Both the position numbers and the translations under genes were made by a program. From Octopus sinensis (taxonomy: Eukaryota), in contig NW_021831896.1 of the NCBI RefSeq assembly GCF_006345805.1, positions 1-50,884 of the forward strand: a stretch of DNA of 50,884 nt. The letters run 5' to 3'. Below, piece after piece: positions 1 through 11,432 of this stretch. Below the pieces are notes generated by a model, which was not told the DNA's origin, searched no databases, and worked only from the letters and a program-made list of their open reading frames with translations. Each line of letters begins with the position of its first letter. Position 1 is the stretch's first letter.

Positions 1-450
1 GGAGTGTGTGTGTGTGTGTGCATGTGTATGATTGTGTTTGAGAGTGTGTGGCATATATGTGATGTGTTTATGTGGGAGGGCATGTGTGTGTGTATGTGCA
101 TGTGTATGATTGTGTTTGAGAGTGTGTGCATATGTGGAGTGTGTATGTAAATGGTGTATTCATGAGTGTGAATGTGTGAGTGGTGTAAATGTATGGGTGT
201 GTGTATGAGTGAGTGTCTTTGTGTGAGATATTGTGTGTGTGTGTATGTGTCTATATATTGTGTATTTGAGAGCATGTGTCTGTGTAAATCTGTGCACGAG
301 TGTGTAATTACGAGTGTATGTGAGTATGTGTGTGTGTGTGTGTGTGGTGTGTGTGTTTGAGTGTGAGTGTATGTATGAGCTTGTATCTGTGTGAATGTGT
401 GTGTGAATATGTGTTTGAGTGTGGGTGTGTGAATATGTATGTATACATAA
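1..450. repeat. Degenerate (TG)n-rich microsatellite
   Basis: Continuous TG/TGAG/TGTA low-complexity sequence. Confidence 0.9.
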
Positions 451-453
451 TAT

Positions 454-770
454 ATGATATTGTCCAGAAAATTCTGTTCAATCTTCAGTATTTATCTAAA
501 AGTACAAAGATAATTGTTAATACAATATATTTGCTCATGTTTATAAATTCTTTGATTTTGTAGAATTTTTCTCCATTCTGCTTGTAAATTTTTCCATGCC
601 TCATTCAAATAATTCCTGTGGTTTTGAATTAAAATATATATGTAATTCATTTTCTATGTCTTCGTTGCTGGTTATACTTTTCCTGCCTAAATGTTTTCAC
701 AAGAGCTCTAAAGAAGCAAGGTCAAGAATATTGAGGGTGTAGCATTTTGCCCTGTTTGGACAATTCCAGA
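454..770 (-). mobile_element. Mariner (Mos1-like) transposase 3' relic with terminal sequence
   Basis: Minus-strand translation LHPQYS-DLAS...KHLGRKSITSNEDIENELHIYFNSKPQELFE*GMEKFTSR resembles mariner HPPYSPDLAP...F.SKP.EF..GI..L..RW; ends in acagaattttctggacaat, like mariner TIRs; contains a frameshift and stops. Confidence 0.6.
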
Positions 771-972
771 ATATTGTGCAGACTTGTGAAATGTGAGGTT
801 GAGTCCGTAACGAAACCAAATTGTTTGTCTGTCCTTGTTTGTCTCCTCTGTGTTTAGCCCCCTGTGGGCATAAAGAAATAAATACATAAATTGATTATAA
901 GTTCTAAAGCTAAAGAAAAGAAAAGAACTGACATATATGTTTCAGTATTATATATATGTATATATATATATA

Positions 973-1107
973 TAACAGGAAGCTTTATGAAAATAGACAA
1001 AAGACGAAGGCAGGTTTACGGAAATAAACAAAAGACGAAGGCAGGTGGAATACAAACAAACAATTGTATTAGTATGCGCTCAGGAAATATAAATGAAACA
1101 AGTCTTT
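973..1107 (-). mobile_element. PLE terminal-repeat family A, truncated at the predicted HHR cleavage site
   Basis: Nearly identical to 11433-11568; minus strand begins AAAGAC directly after (TA)n. Confidence 0.7.
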
Positions 1108-1139
1108 ATATATATAATCAAAATAGATGAACATCAATG

Positions 1140-1614
1140 GAATTTGTATCCTTGTGGTACCAGTGCCGGTGGCACGTGGCACACAAGAAAACCATCCGAA
1201 CGTGGCCGTAGCCAGTACCACGAAGCATCGACTGCCTCCGTGCTGTGGGCACGTAACAAGCACCATCCGATCGTGGCCGTTTGCCAGCCTCATCTGGCAC
1301 CTGTGTCGGTGGCACATAAAACACCATCCAAGCGTGGCCGTCTGCCAGCCTCGTCTGGCACCTGTGTCGGTGGCACATAAAAAACACCATCCGAGCGTGG
1401 CCGTTTGCCAGCCTCGTCTGGCACCTGTGTCGGTGGCACATAAAATCACCCACTACACTCTCGGAGTGGTTGGCGTTAGGAAGGGCATCCAGCTGTAGAA
1501 ACACTGCCAGATCTGACTGGACTGGTGCAGCTTTCGGGCTCCCCAGACCCCAGTTGAACCGTCCAACCCATGCTAGCATGGAAAGCGGACGTTAATTGAT
1601 GATGATGATGATGA
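1140..1614 (+). mobile_element. SINE-like family S3 (possibly octopus OK family) with four internal ~62 bp tandem units
   Basis: Tail ggaagggcatccagctgtagaaa...ccaacccatgctagcatggaaagcggacgtt(GAT)n shared with 5155, 14617 and 48806; units start at 1191, 1262, 1323 and 1386; KpnI site at 1156. Confidence 0.75.
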
Positions 1615-1623
1615 TATATATAC

Positions 1624-2015
1624 ATAGGCGCAGGAGTGGCTGTGGGTAAGTAGCTTGCTAACCAACTACATGATTCCGGGTTCAGCCCACTGCGTGGCAT
1701 CTTGGGCAAGTGTCTTCTGCTATAGCCTCGGGCCGACCAATGCCTTGTGAGTGGATTTGGCAGACGGAAACTGAAAGAAGCCTGTCGTATTATGTATATA
1801 TATGTGTATGTGTGTGTATGTTTGTGTGTCTGTGTTTGTCCCCTAGCATTGCTTGACAACCGATGCTGATGTGTTTACGTCACTTAGCAGTTTGGCAAAA
1901 GAAACCGATAGAATAAGTACTGGGCTTACAAAGAATAAGTCCCGGGGTCGATTTGCTCGACTAAAGGTGGTGCTCCAGCATGGCCGCAGTCAAATGACCG
2001 AAACAAGTAAAAGAG
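1624..2015 (+). mobile_element. SINE family S1 (tRNA head, CORE-like segment, internal microsatellite), full length
   Basis: A-box-like tggctgtgg and B-box-like ggttcagccc; cttgggcaagtg; tail gactgaaacaagtaaaagag-type; many copies in the window. Confidence 0.9.
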
Positions 2016-2021
2016 TATATA

Positions 2022-2054
<33 letters not shown>

Positions 2055-2091
2055 ATGTGTGTGTGTGTGTATTTATGTGTATATTTATATA

Positions 2092-2503
2092 TAAGAGAAG
2101 AAAAAGAAAGTGGAGATTGGGAAGTTAATAATTAACAATTATTATTATTAATAGGAAATTTATCATCATCCCTTACAGCTGTTTCAATTAATACTCTGTA
2201 AATTTTAAGTAAATACTAATTTCAAATGAGCTGACCATAATATCTTCAGAGGGATAAAATATACCTTTGCATGTTTTATATGTTTTTATGGATTCATCAT
2301 AGCGGTCTGCGAAAGTGTATCCATAAACACAAAAAAATATTAAAGGGTATATTTTTTCCCTCTGAAGAGGGTCATATAAACTTATATTTACTTAAAATTC
2401 ACTGAGTATTAATTGAAACGGCTGTAAGTGAAGATGATTAATTTGCTGTTAATTAAGAACAATTATTAACTTCCCAATCTCCATTTTCTTTCTCTTCTTT
2501 TAT
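2092..2503. mobile_element. ~410 bp imperfect inverted repeat, PLE pLTR-like family G
   Basis: Left part (tggagattgggaagttaataatt...cttacagctgtttcaattaatactc) is the reverse complement of 2400-2503; centre at ~2305; TA-rich flanks. Confidence 0.7.
2168..2255 (-). ncRNA. HHR-like motif (family G) with long degenerate helix II
   Basis: AUCCCU-CUGAAGA...GAA-ACAGCUGU-A-AGGGAU: 6 bp helix I and 8 nt palindromic helix III; mirror copy on + at 2358-2431. Confidence 0.45.
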
Positions 2504-2646
2504 ATGAATATAAACTATATGTTTTTATATATATACACCTATTATTTTTTAGGAAATTTATTCCCCCCAAAATCTAGGTATTGAACCAACATTTCCTTGG
2601 ATGAAAGCATCCCTTCATGAGGTTAACACAACCTCTAATCGAATTT

Positions 2647-2830
2647 ATGATAGATTGTTAGCCACTACACCCACCTTTTTCTCTCCTTGTTTTTTCTGTG
2701 TACCTTTCTGTGGAAGAGTGTAGGCTCGAAACGTAAAAGACTTTTTCTATTCCTGAGCGTTATACTAATACATCTGTTTGTTTAGTACACCACCTGTCTT
2801 CATCTTTTGTTTTTTTCGTAAACTTTCCCT
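2647..2830 (+). mobile_element. PLE terminal-repeat family A
   Basis: Homologous to the reverse complement of 42495-42695; contains cgaaacgt; ends at (TA)n. Confidence 0.75.
2704..2739 (+). ncRNA. Minimal type I HHR variant (family A)
   Basis: CUUU-CUGUGGA-A-GAGU guag GCUC-GAA-ACGU-A-AAAG. Confidence 0.6.
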
Positions 2831-2844
2831 ATATATATATTATA

Positions 2845-3061
2845 CAGGTCAATGAGTTGGCTGAATCATTGGCACATTGGGCAAAATGCTTCTCTGTGAA
2901 TTTTGTCTGTCATTGCGTTCTCATTTCAATACCAATGAGTTGACTTTGCCTTCATCCTTTTGGGGGTCGATAAAATAAGTACCATTATGAACTGGGGTCA
3001 ATATAATTGACTTAGCCCTTTCCCATATTTGCTGACCTAGTGCCCAAAATTTGAAACCAAT
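2845..3061 (+). mobile_element. SINE family S2 (Meta/MESC-like domain), diverged
   Basis: gactttgccttcatccttttgggggtcgataaaataagtacc...ctggggtcaat...aaaatttgaaaccaat. Confidence 0.8.
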
Positions 3062-3486
3062 GCATATTCTGTGTTGTGTGGTGAGTTTTGTCTACACTCC
3101 TACAAAGAAGTTTGACCTTACAGAAATGCAACTTTTCAGATACCTCATATCGTATCTAAAGTTGCGTACAAATTGAAAATGCACTTATCCATACTTTGTG
3201 CGTAAACAGCAAAGGCAAAGTAAAGAAGACAACAGTGAAAGATATAAAGTAAAAGAAGGAAAAAAAACAATCTGCTAAACAAAAATAATTCTAAAGGTAA
3301 GAAATGACAAGAAATTTCATTGGAGATAATAAATTCTTTGAAAACATAGTAGTAGTAGTATAGTAGTGTGCAAAAATATAATGATTGATTGACAGCTGTT
3401 TTATTAGGATTAGGGGTTAAAGAAAAGGATTTGAAAAGTTCAGAACATAAATATACAAAACATAAATTAAAAAAACTATTTTTTCC

Positions 3487-3500
3487 GTGGCCATAGCAAC
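3487..3500. promoter_or_regulatory. RFX X-box-like motif
   Basis: GTGGCCATAGCAAC, 12/14 match to GTTGCCATGGCAAC, in non-repeat sequence. Confidence 0.3.
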
Positions 3501-3574
3501 AAGAAACTGGATGTGCATGGTCAGCTCCAATAACTATAATGAATGCATATATATATTTTTATTATTTTTATTAT

Positions 3575-3899
3575 TTTATTATCATACATAATAATAATAA
3601 TAATAATAAATACTAATATAATATATAATAATAATGATATAATGATAATAATAATGATAATATAATATAATAATGATAATAATAATAATAATAATGATAA
3701 TAAATAATAGTAATAATAATAATGATAATAATAATAATAATATGAATAATGTAATAATAATAATAATGATAATAATAATAATGATAATAATAATAATAAT
3801 AAGATAATAATGATAATCATAATGAGAATAATAATAATAATAATTATAATAATAATAGTAATAATAATAATGATAATAATAATAATAATAATGATAATA

Positions 3900-3936
<37 letters not shown>

Positions 3937-4346
3937 TAATAATGATAATAATCTGATAATAATAATAATATGATGATAATAATAGAATAATAATGATATA
4001 TAATAGTAATAATAATAAATATAATAGTAATATAATAATAATAGTAATATTAATAATGATAATAATAATAATAAGAATGATAATAATAGTAATAATAATA
4101 ATAATAATAATAATGATAATATAGTAATAATAATAATAATAATAGTAATAATAATAATGATAATAATAATAATAATAATGATAAAATAGTAATAATAATA
4201 ATAATAATATATAATATAATAATGATAATAATAATGATAATAATAATAATAATAATGATAATAATAGTAATAATAATAATGATAATAATAATATCAATGA
4301 TAATAATAATGATGATGATGATGATATGATGATGTTATGATGATGA

Positions 4347-4410
<64 letters not shown>

Positions 4411-4599
4411 ATAATAGTAATAATTAATATAATAATAATAATAATACGATAATAATAAATATATAATAATAAGAATGATAATAATTATAATAATAATAAT
4501 AATAATATGTTGATGATAATAATAATAATAATAATGATAATAATAGTAATAATAATAATAATAATAATAATGATAATAATAATGATAATAATAATGATA

Positions 4600-4633
<34 letters not shown>

Positions 4634-4680
4634 TAATAATAATGATAATAATAATGATAATAATAATAATAATAATAAGT
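3575..4680. repeat. (AAT)n/(GAT)n compound microsatellite
   Basis: About 1.1 kb of trinucleotide repeats. Confidence 0.95.
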
Positions 4681-4799
4681 AGGTGTAAACACATGAACAA
4701 AATAAAAATAAACAAAAACAAAAACAAACTACACAAACGTATATAAACAGGAGATACAAATATTACAGGCATTCCCCCCCCCCCCCACACACATACACA

Positions 4800-5080
4800 C
4801 TAACTAAACATAGACACACATAGAGTTATACGCATGCACAAATGAAGACACATACAATAGAAATACAAAATGGCTGACGAGAGAGACACACAAATAAGAA
4901 AGAAGAAAACAAAGGACCACTGATGAGGTCACAGGAGTGTGACGAAAGAACTCTGGCTGAAATAAGATTAAGATTAATGTAAAAAATAAATAACACTGAA
5001 GCAAAATAACACCAAATATATAGTGCGTGTGTTTTTATTGGCTAAACTGGCAAAATGACCATTCCTAAATACATCAATAT
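4800..5080 (+). mobile_element. PLE terminal-repeat family F
   Basis: Carries a canonical-core HHR; terminus tattggctaaactggcaaaatgaccattcctaaata recurs at ~31885-31925, also before (TA)n. Confidence 0.55.
4917..4956 (+). ncRNA. Type I hammerhead ribozyme with canonical core
   Basis: CCA-CUGAUGA-G-GUCACA ggag UGUGAC-GAA-AG aa CU-C-UGG; predicted cut at 4953/4954. Confidence 0.75.
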
Positions 5081-5154
5081 ATATATATATATAGATATAT
5101 ATATATATATTGTTGTATTTTGGAATGGTCATATATATATATATATATATATAT

Positions 5155-5347
5155 CATCATCATCTTCATCATCATCATCATCATCATTTAATGTCCACTT
5201 TCCATGCTGACATGGGTTGGACAGTTTGACCGGAATTGGTAAACTGGAGAGCTATACCAGGTTCCAGCCTGATTTGGGATGGTTTCTATGGCTTGATGCC
5301 CTTCTGAATGCCAGGAGTGTAATGGGTGCTTTTTATGTGCCTCTGGA
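5155..5347 (-). mobile_element. S3 3' part
   Basis: (CAT)n tail plus tttccatgctgacatgggttggacag and gatgcccttc. Confidence 0.75.
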
Positions 5348-5349
5348 TT

Positions 5350-5628
5350 ATGTACATACTTACATACATACATGCATGTATGCATACATACATACATACA
5401 TACACACATACATACATACATACATACATACATACAAACATACATACATACATGCATACATACAAACATACATGCATACATACATACATACATACATACA
5501 TACATACATACATACATACATACATGCGTACATACGTACATACATACATGCATGTATGCATACATACATACATACATACATACATACATACATGCGTACA
5601 TACACACATACATACATACATACGTACA

Positions 5629-5662
<34 letters not shown>

Positions 5663-5700
5663 CGTACGTACATATGTACATACATACATACATACATACA

Positions 5701-5734
<34 letters not shown>

Positions 5735-5778
5735 CGTACATACATACGTACATACATACATTCATACATACATACATT

Positions 5779-5810
<32 letters not shown>

Positions 5811-5860
5811 CATACATACATACATACATACATGCATACATGTATATGTATATGAATATA
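5350..5860. repeat. (TACA)n microsatellite
   Basis: About 500 bp of tetranucleotide repeats. Confidence 0.95.
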
Positions 5861-5902
5861 CATATATACATACACACCACACACACACACACATATATAT
5901 AT

Positions 5903-6047
5903 ATGACAAGCTTCTTTTAGTTTCCATCTACCAAATCCACTGAAAAGGCTTTGGTTGGCCCAAGGTTAATAGTAGATCCTACACAGTGGGACTGAACCCT
6001 GAACCATGTGGTTGGGATGCAAACTTCTTACCACACCCCAATTCTGC
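5903..6047 (-). mobile_element. S1 5' fragment
   Basis: Reverse complement of the tRNA head and central part. Confidence 0.8.
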
Positions 6048-6057
6048 ATTCTGCAAC

Positions 6058-6093
6058 TATATATATATATAGATATATAATAATTATATATAT

Positions 6094-6176
<83 letters not shown>

Positions 6177-6231
6177 CATATATATATATATATATAATAT
6201 ATATATATATAATATATATATATACATAATA

Positions 6232-6313
<82 letters not shown>

Positions 6314-6314
6314 C

Positions 6315-6345
<31 letters not shown>

Positions 6346-6410
6346 CATGTGTATGTGTTTCTATATATATATATATTATATTTGTATATACATACATACA
6401 TATAATAATA
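6058..6410. repeat. (TA)n microsatellite
   Basis: Direct reading. Confidence 0.95.
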
Positions 6411-6575
6411 ATTTATGCATCATACTTAAAGCAAATACATCATGGAAAGCCTAATTAATTGCTGTATTCATCTGGAGATGATATCTTTTGTTGATATATA
6501 ATGTTTAAAAAAATAAAAATCAAAAGCAAAAAAAAAAAAACCCACAAAAATATATCAATAACAGATGGAAACTGC

Positions 6576-6610
<35 letters not shown>

Positions 6611-6699
6611 GGTGTCCTTGCTGAGTTGGAAGTTTGCATGATCGAACTGCTAGATAATGATCAAGACTCTCATTGTTGAAACTGATGGAGGATACTTTT

Positions 6700-6767
6700 A
6701 TCATCATCATCATCATCACCATCATCATCATCACCATCATCATCACCACCACCACCACAACCACTAC

Positions 6768-6802
<35 letters not shown>

Positions 6803-6970
6803 CCATCATCATCATCATTGTCACGGTTGTCGTCGTCATCATCATCACCATCATCACCATCATCATCATCATAATCATCATCATCATCATAATCATCATC
6901 ATCATCATCATCATTGTCATGGTTGTCGTCGTCGTCGTCGTCATCACCATCACAATCATCATCATCATCA

Positions 6971-7006
<36 letters not shown>

Positions 7007-7149
7007 TCATCAGCAGCATCATCAATATCCTCCTCCTTATCATCATCATCATCGTCAGCGTCATCATCACCATCATGATCAGCATCACTACCATCATCAT
7101 CATCATCATCACCATCGTCATCGTCATCGTCATCGTCATCATCATCACC

Positions 7150-7180
<31 letters not shown>

Positions 7181-7366
7181 GCATCATCAGCAATATCCTC
7201 CCTCCTCATCATCATCGTCATCGTCATCGTCATCATCATCATCATGACAATCATCACCATCATCAGCATCATCAACAATATCCTCCTCCTCATCATCATC
7301 GTCATCGTCATCGGCATCATCATCACCATCATCATCATCATCATCATCATCGTCATCATCATCACT
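6700..7366. repeat. (CAT)n/(CGT)n compound microsatellite
   Basis: Direct reading. Confidence 0.95.
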
Positions 7367-7639
7367 TCGTAATATATGGCACATCTAATTATTTTAAGCT
7401 TAATTATGTTTGACCTTTGGTCAGGTTTGACCCAGCAAGTCTTATAACCCATCAATCACATCTTTTTTTGTGAAAATGTGTCTGAAATTACATTTCTCCA
7501 AGCATGTCCTTCCGCTTTCGAAGATTATATACGATGAAATCTGAGTTCTTCTTTCTAGTAAGTTGGCTGACTGTGCCATGGTTGGATTTTGTTGACTTGG
7601 CATGGTAGGCGAACTGTAGTGTAATCAAACACTGAGATT

Positions 7640-7830
7640 AGGCAATTGTGTCAAAGATTATGGCATTGTATGGTGTCTAGAATCGGGGACTGTGTGGGGT
7701 CTAATCTTAGCGCCAATGCTGTGTGGTATCTTCGATACTCAGCAGTGAATAGTGGGGGTGGCTGGAATCGGTCAAGTGTTGTGGAGTCATGTTGGAGTGG
7801 CAGGATATCGGCAGCATGTAGTGGAATGGC
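7640..7830 (-). pseudogene. Possible PLE RT-to-endonuclease linker relic
   Basis: ILPLQHDSTTLDRFQPPPLFTAEYRR loosely resembles the PLE linker ILQ.DP.T..IF..PP...YRR. Confidence 0.3.
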
Positions 7831-7885
7831 ATGGGGTAGTGAGGGGTGAGGGAGGGGTGAAGTTGGTGGCATACGGTTCAGTGGT

Positions 7886-8283
7886 CTCTTTTACTCTTTT
7901 ACTTGTATCAGTCATTTGACTGTGGCCATGCTGGAGCACCACTTTTAGTCGAGGAAATCGAACCCCCAGGACTTATTCTTTGTAAGCCTAGTACTTATTC
8001 TATCGGTCTCTTTTGCTGAACTGCCAAGTTACGGGGACATAAACACACCAGCATCGGTTGTCAAGCAATGCTAGGGGGACAAACACAGACACACAAACAC
8101 ACACACACATGTATATACATATATATACGATGGGCTTCTTTCAGTTTCCATCTACCAAGTCCACTCACAAGGCTTTGGTCAGCCCGAGGCTATAGCAGAA
8201 GACACTTGCCCAAGGTGCCATGTAGTGGGACTGAACCCGGAACCATTTGGTTCATAAGCAAGCTACTTACCACACAGCCACCT
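7886..8283 (-). mobile_element. S1, near full length
   Basis: Reverse complement of the S1 consensus. Confidence 0.9.
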
Positions 8284-8406
8284 TTGATTCCCATTTTACT
8301 TGGATGGCCACACCCACTCTAGCTATTTGATGTTTTAAAAATCCCATTATTTTTTTTTATTAAAAATTATTAGGAATTTATTTTTTAAAAATTGTTTAAA
8401 TATTTT

Positions 8407-8555
8407 GGTGTGGCTGCGTCACAAGAAGTTTGCCTCCCAACCACATAGTTCTGGGTTCAGTCCCACTGTGTGGCACTTTAGGCAAGTGTCTTCTACTATA
8501 TCCCACACAGCCTCATGAATAGATTTGGTAGATAGAAACTGAAAGAAGCCTGTTA
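8407..8555 (+). mobile_element. S1 5' half
   Basis: tRNA head through gaagcc, ending at (TA)n. Confidence 0.8.
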
Positions 8556-8578
8556 TATATATATATATATATATATAT

Positions 8579-8983
8579 ATAGGTGCAGGAGTGGCTGTGT
8601 GGTAAGTAGCTTGTTTACCAACCACATGGTTCCGGGTTCAGTCCCACTGTGTGGCACCTTGGGCAAGTGTCTTCTACTATAGCCTCAGGCCGACCAAGCC
8701 TTGTGAGTGGATTTGGTAGGCAGAAGAAACTGAAAGAAGCCGTCGTCGTATATATGTATATATATATATATACGTGTGTGTGTTGTGTGTCTGTGTTTGT
8801 CCCCCTAGCATTGCTTGACAACCGATGCTGGTGTGTTTGTGTCCCCTATACTAGCGGTTCGGCAAAAGAGACCGATAGAATAATACTGGGCTTACAAAAA
8901 GAATAAGTCCCGGGTCGAGTTGCTTGATTAAAAGGCGGTGCTCCAGCATGACCGTGGTCAGATGACTGAAACAAGTAAAAGAG
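8579..8983 (+). mobile_element. S1, full length
   Basis: ataggtgcagga...gactgaaacaagtaaaagag. Confidence 0.9.
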
Positions 8984-9104
8984 TATACATACACACACAC
9001 ATATACATTCACTTGACAGGCATCTCCCTCTGTGCAGCAAATCTCTTTCGCTCTCTCTTTCTATCACAGTATATACTGCTTCCTGTAAGTCGACCATATG
9101 CATG

Positions 9105-9652
9105 TGTGTGTCTTTGTGTCTGTGTTTGTCCCCCACCACCACTGCTTGACAACTGGTGTTGGTGTGTTTACATCCCCATAACTTAGCAGTTTGGCAAAAG
9201 AGACTGTTTGAATAAGTACTTGGCTTAAAAAAAAAAATGTTTGGGGTTCATCCATTCGACTAAACATTTTCTTACCTATGGACCCCTTTGGTTCCTAGTT
9301 TATTTAGATGGACCCTCAGATGCTTCCCAACAGCATTGTTCCATGTTCAGTGCCACTACATGGCACCTTGGGTTGGCCAAAGCCTTGTGAGTGGATCTGG
9401 CAGACAGAAACTGAAAGAAGCCCATCGTATATATGTATGTATATATATTTACGTGTCTTTATGTCTGTGTTTGCCCCCACATCATTGCTTGACAACTGGT
9501 GTTGGTGTGTCTATGTCCTTATAACTTAGCGGTTCAGCAAACAAGACCAATAGAATAAGTCCTGGGGTAGACTTCTTCAACTAAAACCCTTTAAGGTAGT
9601 GCTCCAGCATGACCAAAATCAACTGACTGAAACATGTAAAAGAATAAAAGAA
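9105..9652 (+). mobile_element. Two partial S1 copies (9105-9266 and 9341-9652)
   Basis: Match the S1 3' half and the 5'-truncated S1 consensus. Confidence 0.8.
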
Positions 9653-9986
9653 TTGTTAATTGTTAAAAATTGTTAATTTTATTTAAAAAATTGTTAATAG
9701 TTAAAAATTGTCAATTGCTAAAAATTGTTAATTTAAAAAAAAAATTGTTAATTGTGCATTGTAGAACTATACTCTTTTATTCTTTTATTTGTTTCAGTCG
9801 TTTGACTGTGGCCATGCTGGAGCACCACCTTTAGTCGAACAAATCAACCCCAGGACTTATTTTTTGTAAGCCTAGTACTTATTCTATCATTTATTTTTTT
9901 TTGCCGAACCACTAGGTTACAGGAACGTAAACACACCAGCATTGGTTGTCAAGCAATGGTGGGAGGGCAAACACAGACACACAAAC

Positions 9987-10020
<34 letters not shown>

Positions 10021-10224
10021 GTGACCTCGTGTGTACCCTTGGCGATTTTTTTTCCTCTGTCTTCCCTTCTCTGGATCTTTCCTTCTCCTATGTTTCTGAC
10101 GAAGAGCTCTGCTCGAAACATTAAACCCTCCTTCTTTCCTTCTTTCCTAAGCATCCAATAATACTATATTTGTTCCACGTCCTCGCGTTGTTGTGTTTTT
10201 TGTGCTTTCTTGTTTGGATTAACT
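10021..10224 (+). mobile_element. PLE terminal-repeat family B
   Basis: 3' part repeated at 29324-29432; TA-flanked. Confidence 0.75.
10092..10126 (+). ncRNA. Minimal type I HHR (family B), canonical core
   Basis: GUUU-CUGACGA-A-GAGC ucu GCUC-GAA-ACAU-U-AAAC; the sister copy at 29324 keeps ACGU. Confidence 0.65.
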
Positions 10225-10411
10225 ACATATATATATACACAACGGGCTTCTTTCACTTTCTGTGTACCAAATCCACTCACAAGGCTTTGGTCAGCACGAG
10301 GGTATGATGTGGTTGGTAAGCAAGCAACTTACCACACAACCACTCCTGCATCTAATTTATTCCACATAAGTTTTAACAACAGAATCTTACATGGACCTCC
10401 ATGTGCCATAA

Positions 10412-10675
10412 TGGAGCTATGTGGCTTAGTGATTAGGGTGTTGGACTCATGATTGTAAGAGTGTGGTTTCAGTTCCTGGACTGGATGATGTGTTGTGTTC
10501 TGGAGCAAAGAAACTTCGTTTCATGTTGCTCCAGTCCACTCAGCTGACAAAAATAAGTAACCCTGTGACGGATCAGTGTCCCATTCAGGTGGGAAATATA
10601 TACACCTTGAAACTGGAAAACCAGCCCTTATGAGTTGGCCAGACTCAAGAAGATACCTTTGTCTTTACCTTTACC
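10412..10675 (+). mobile_element. SINE family S4 (tRNA head, CORE-like)
   Basis: tggcttagtgattagg...tgtgttgtgttctggagcaa...gctccagtccactcagctg; related to 26200 and 40873. Confidence 0.75.
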
Positions 10676-10793
10676 CCAAGGGCCATATGGACCCTAATCA
10701 TTTTTTACCTATGACTCGCTTTAATTACTATTTTACTTGGATGGAATCAATTATAAAAAATCTTATTATATTTTGATAATTAGATATTATATT

Positions 10794-10960
10794 ATAGGCG
10801 CAGGTGTGGCTGTGTGGTAAGAGGTTTGCTTCCCAACCACATAGTACCAGGTTCAGTCCCACTGTGAGGCATCTTGGGCAAGTGTCTTCTACTACAGCCT
10901 AGGATCAACCAAAGCCTTGTGAGTGGATTTGGTAGATGGAAACTGAAAGAAGCCCATCAC

Positions 10961-10994
<34 letters not shown>

Positions 10995-11215
10995 TTATGT
11001 GTGTGTGTCTTTGTGTTTGTCCCTCCACCATTACTTAACAACAAATATTGGTGTGCTTATGTCCCAGTAACTTAGTGGTTCGGCAATAGAGACTGATAGA
11101 ATCAGTACTAACCTTACAAAGAATAAGTCCTGGAGTTAATTTCTTCGACTAGAAAAACCCTTCAAGGCAGTGCTCTAGCATGGCCACAGTCAAATGACTG
11201 AAACAAGTAAAAGAA
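10794..11215 (+). mobile_element. S1, full length
   Basis: Matches the S1 consensus. Confidence 0.9.
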
Positions 11216-11432
11216 TAATTTTATAATTAAATACTCTTAGGCACAGGAATAGCTGTGTGGTAAGTAGCTTGCTTACCAACCACATGGTTCCGGGTTCAGT
11301 CCCACTGCGTGGCACTTTGGGCAAGTGTCTTCTGCTATAGCCCCGGGCCAACTAAAGCCTTGTGAGTGGATTTGGTTAACAGAAACTGAATGAAGCCTGT
11401 CGTATATATGTATATATATATATATAAATATA

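Larger units (their letters stand above)
9773..10352 (-). mobile_element. S1 split by a PLE family B insert
   Basis: 3' half at 9773-10015, 5' half at 10233-10352; insert sits in the internal TA tract. Confidence 0.8.

Noticed and set aside
1191-1445. CRISPR-like regular repeats
   Set aside because: The units are contiguous with no unique spacers, there are no cas genes, and the context is eukaryotic.
6554-6680. (CAG)n stretch as a poly-Q or poly-S exon
   Set aside because: All plus-strand frames stop within ~25 codons after the repeat, and no donor is evident.
3521-7455. Long ORFs rich in I/Y/L, MYVC, H/D/M repeats
   Set aside because: They are translations of AAT, TACA, TA and CAT microsatellites, with no domain content.
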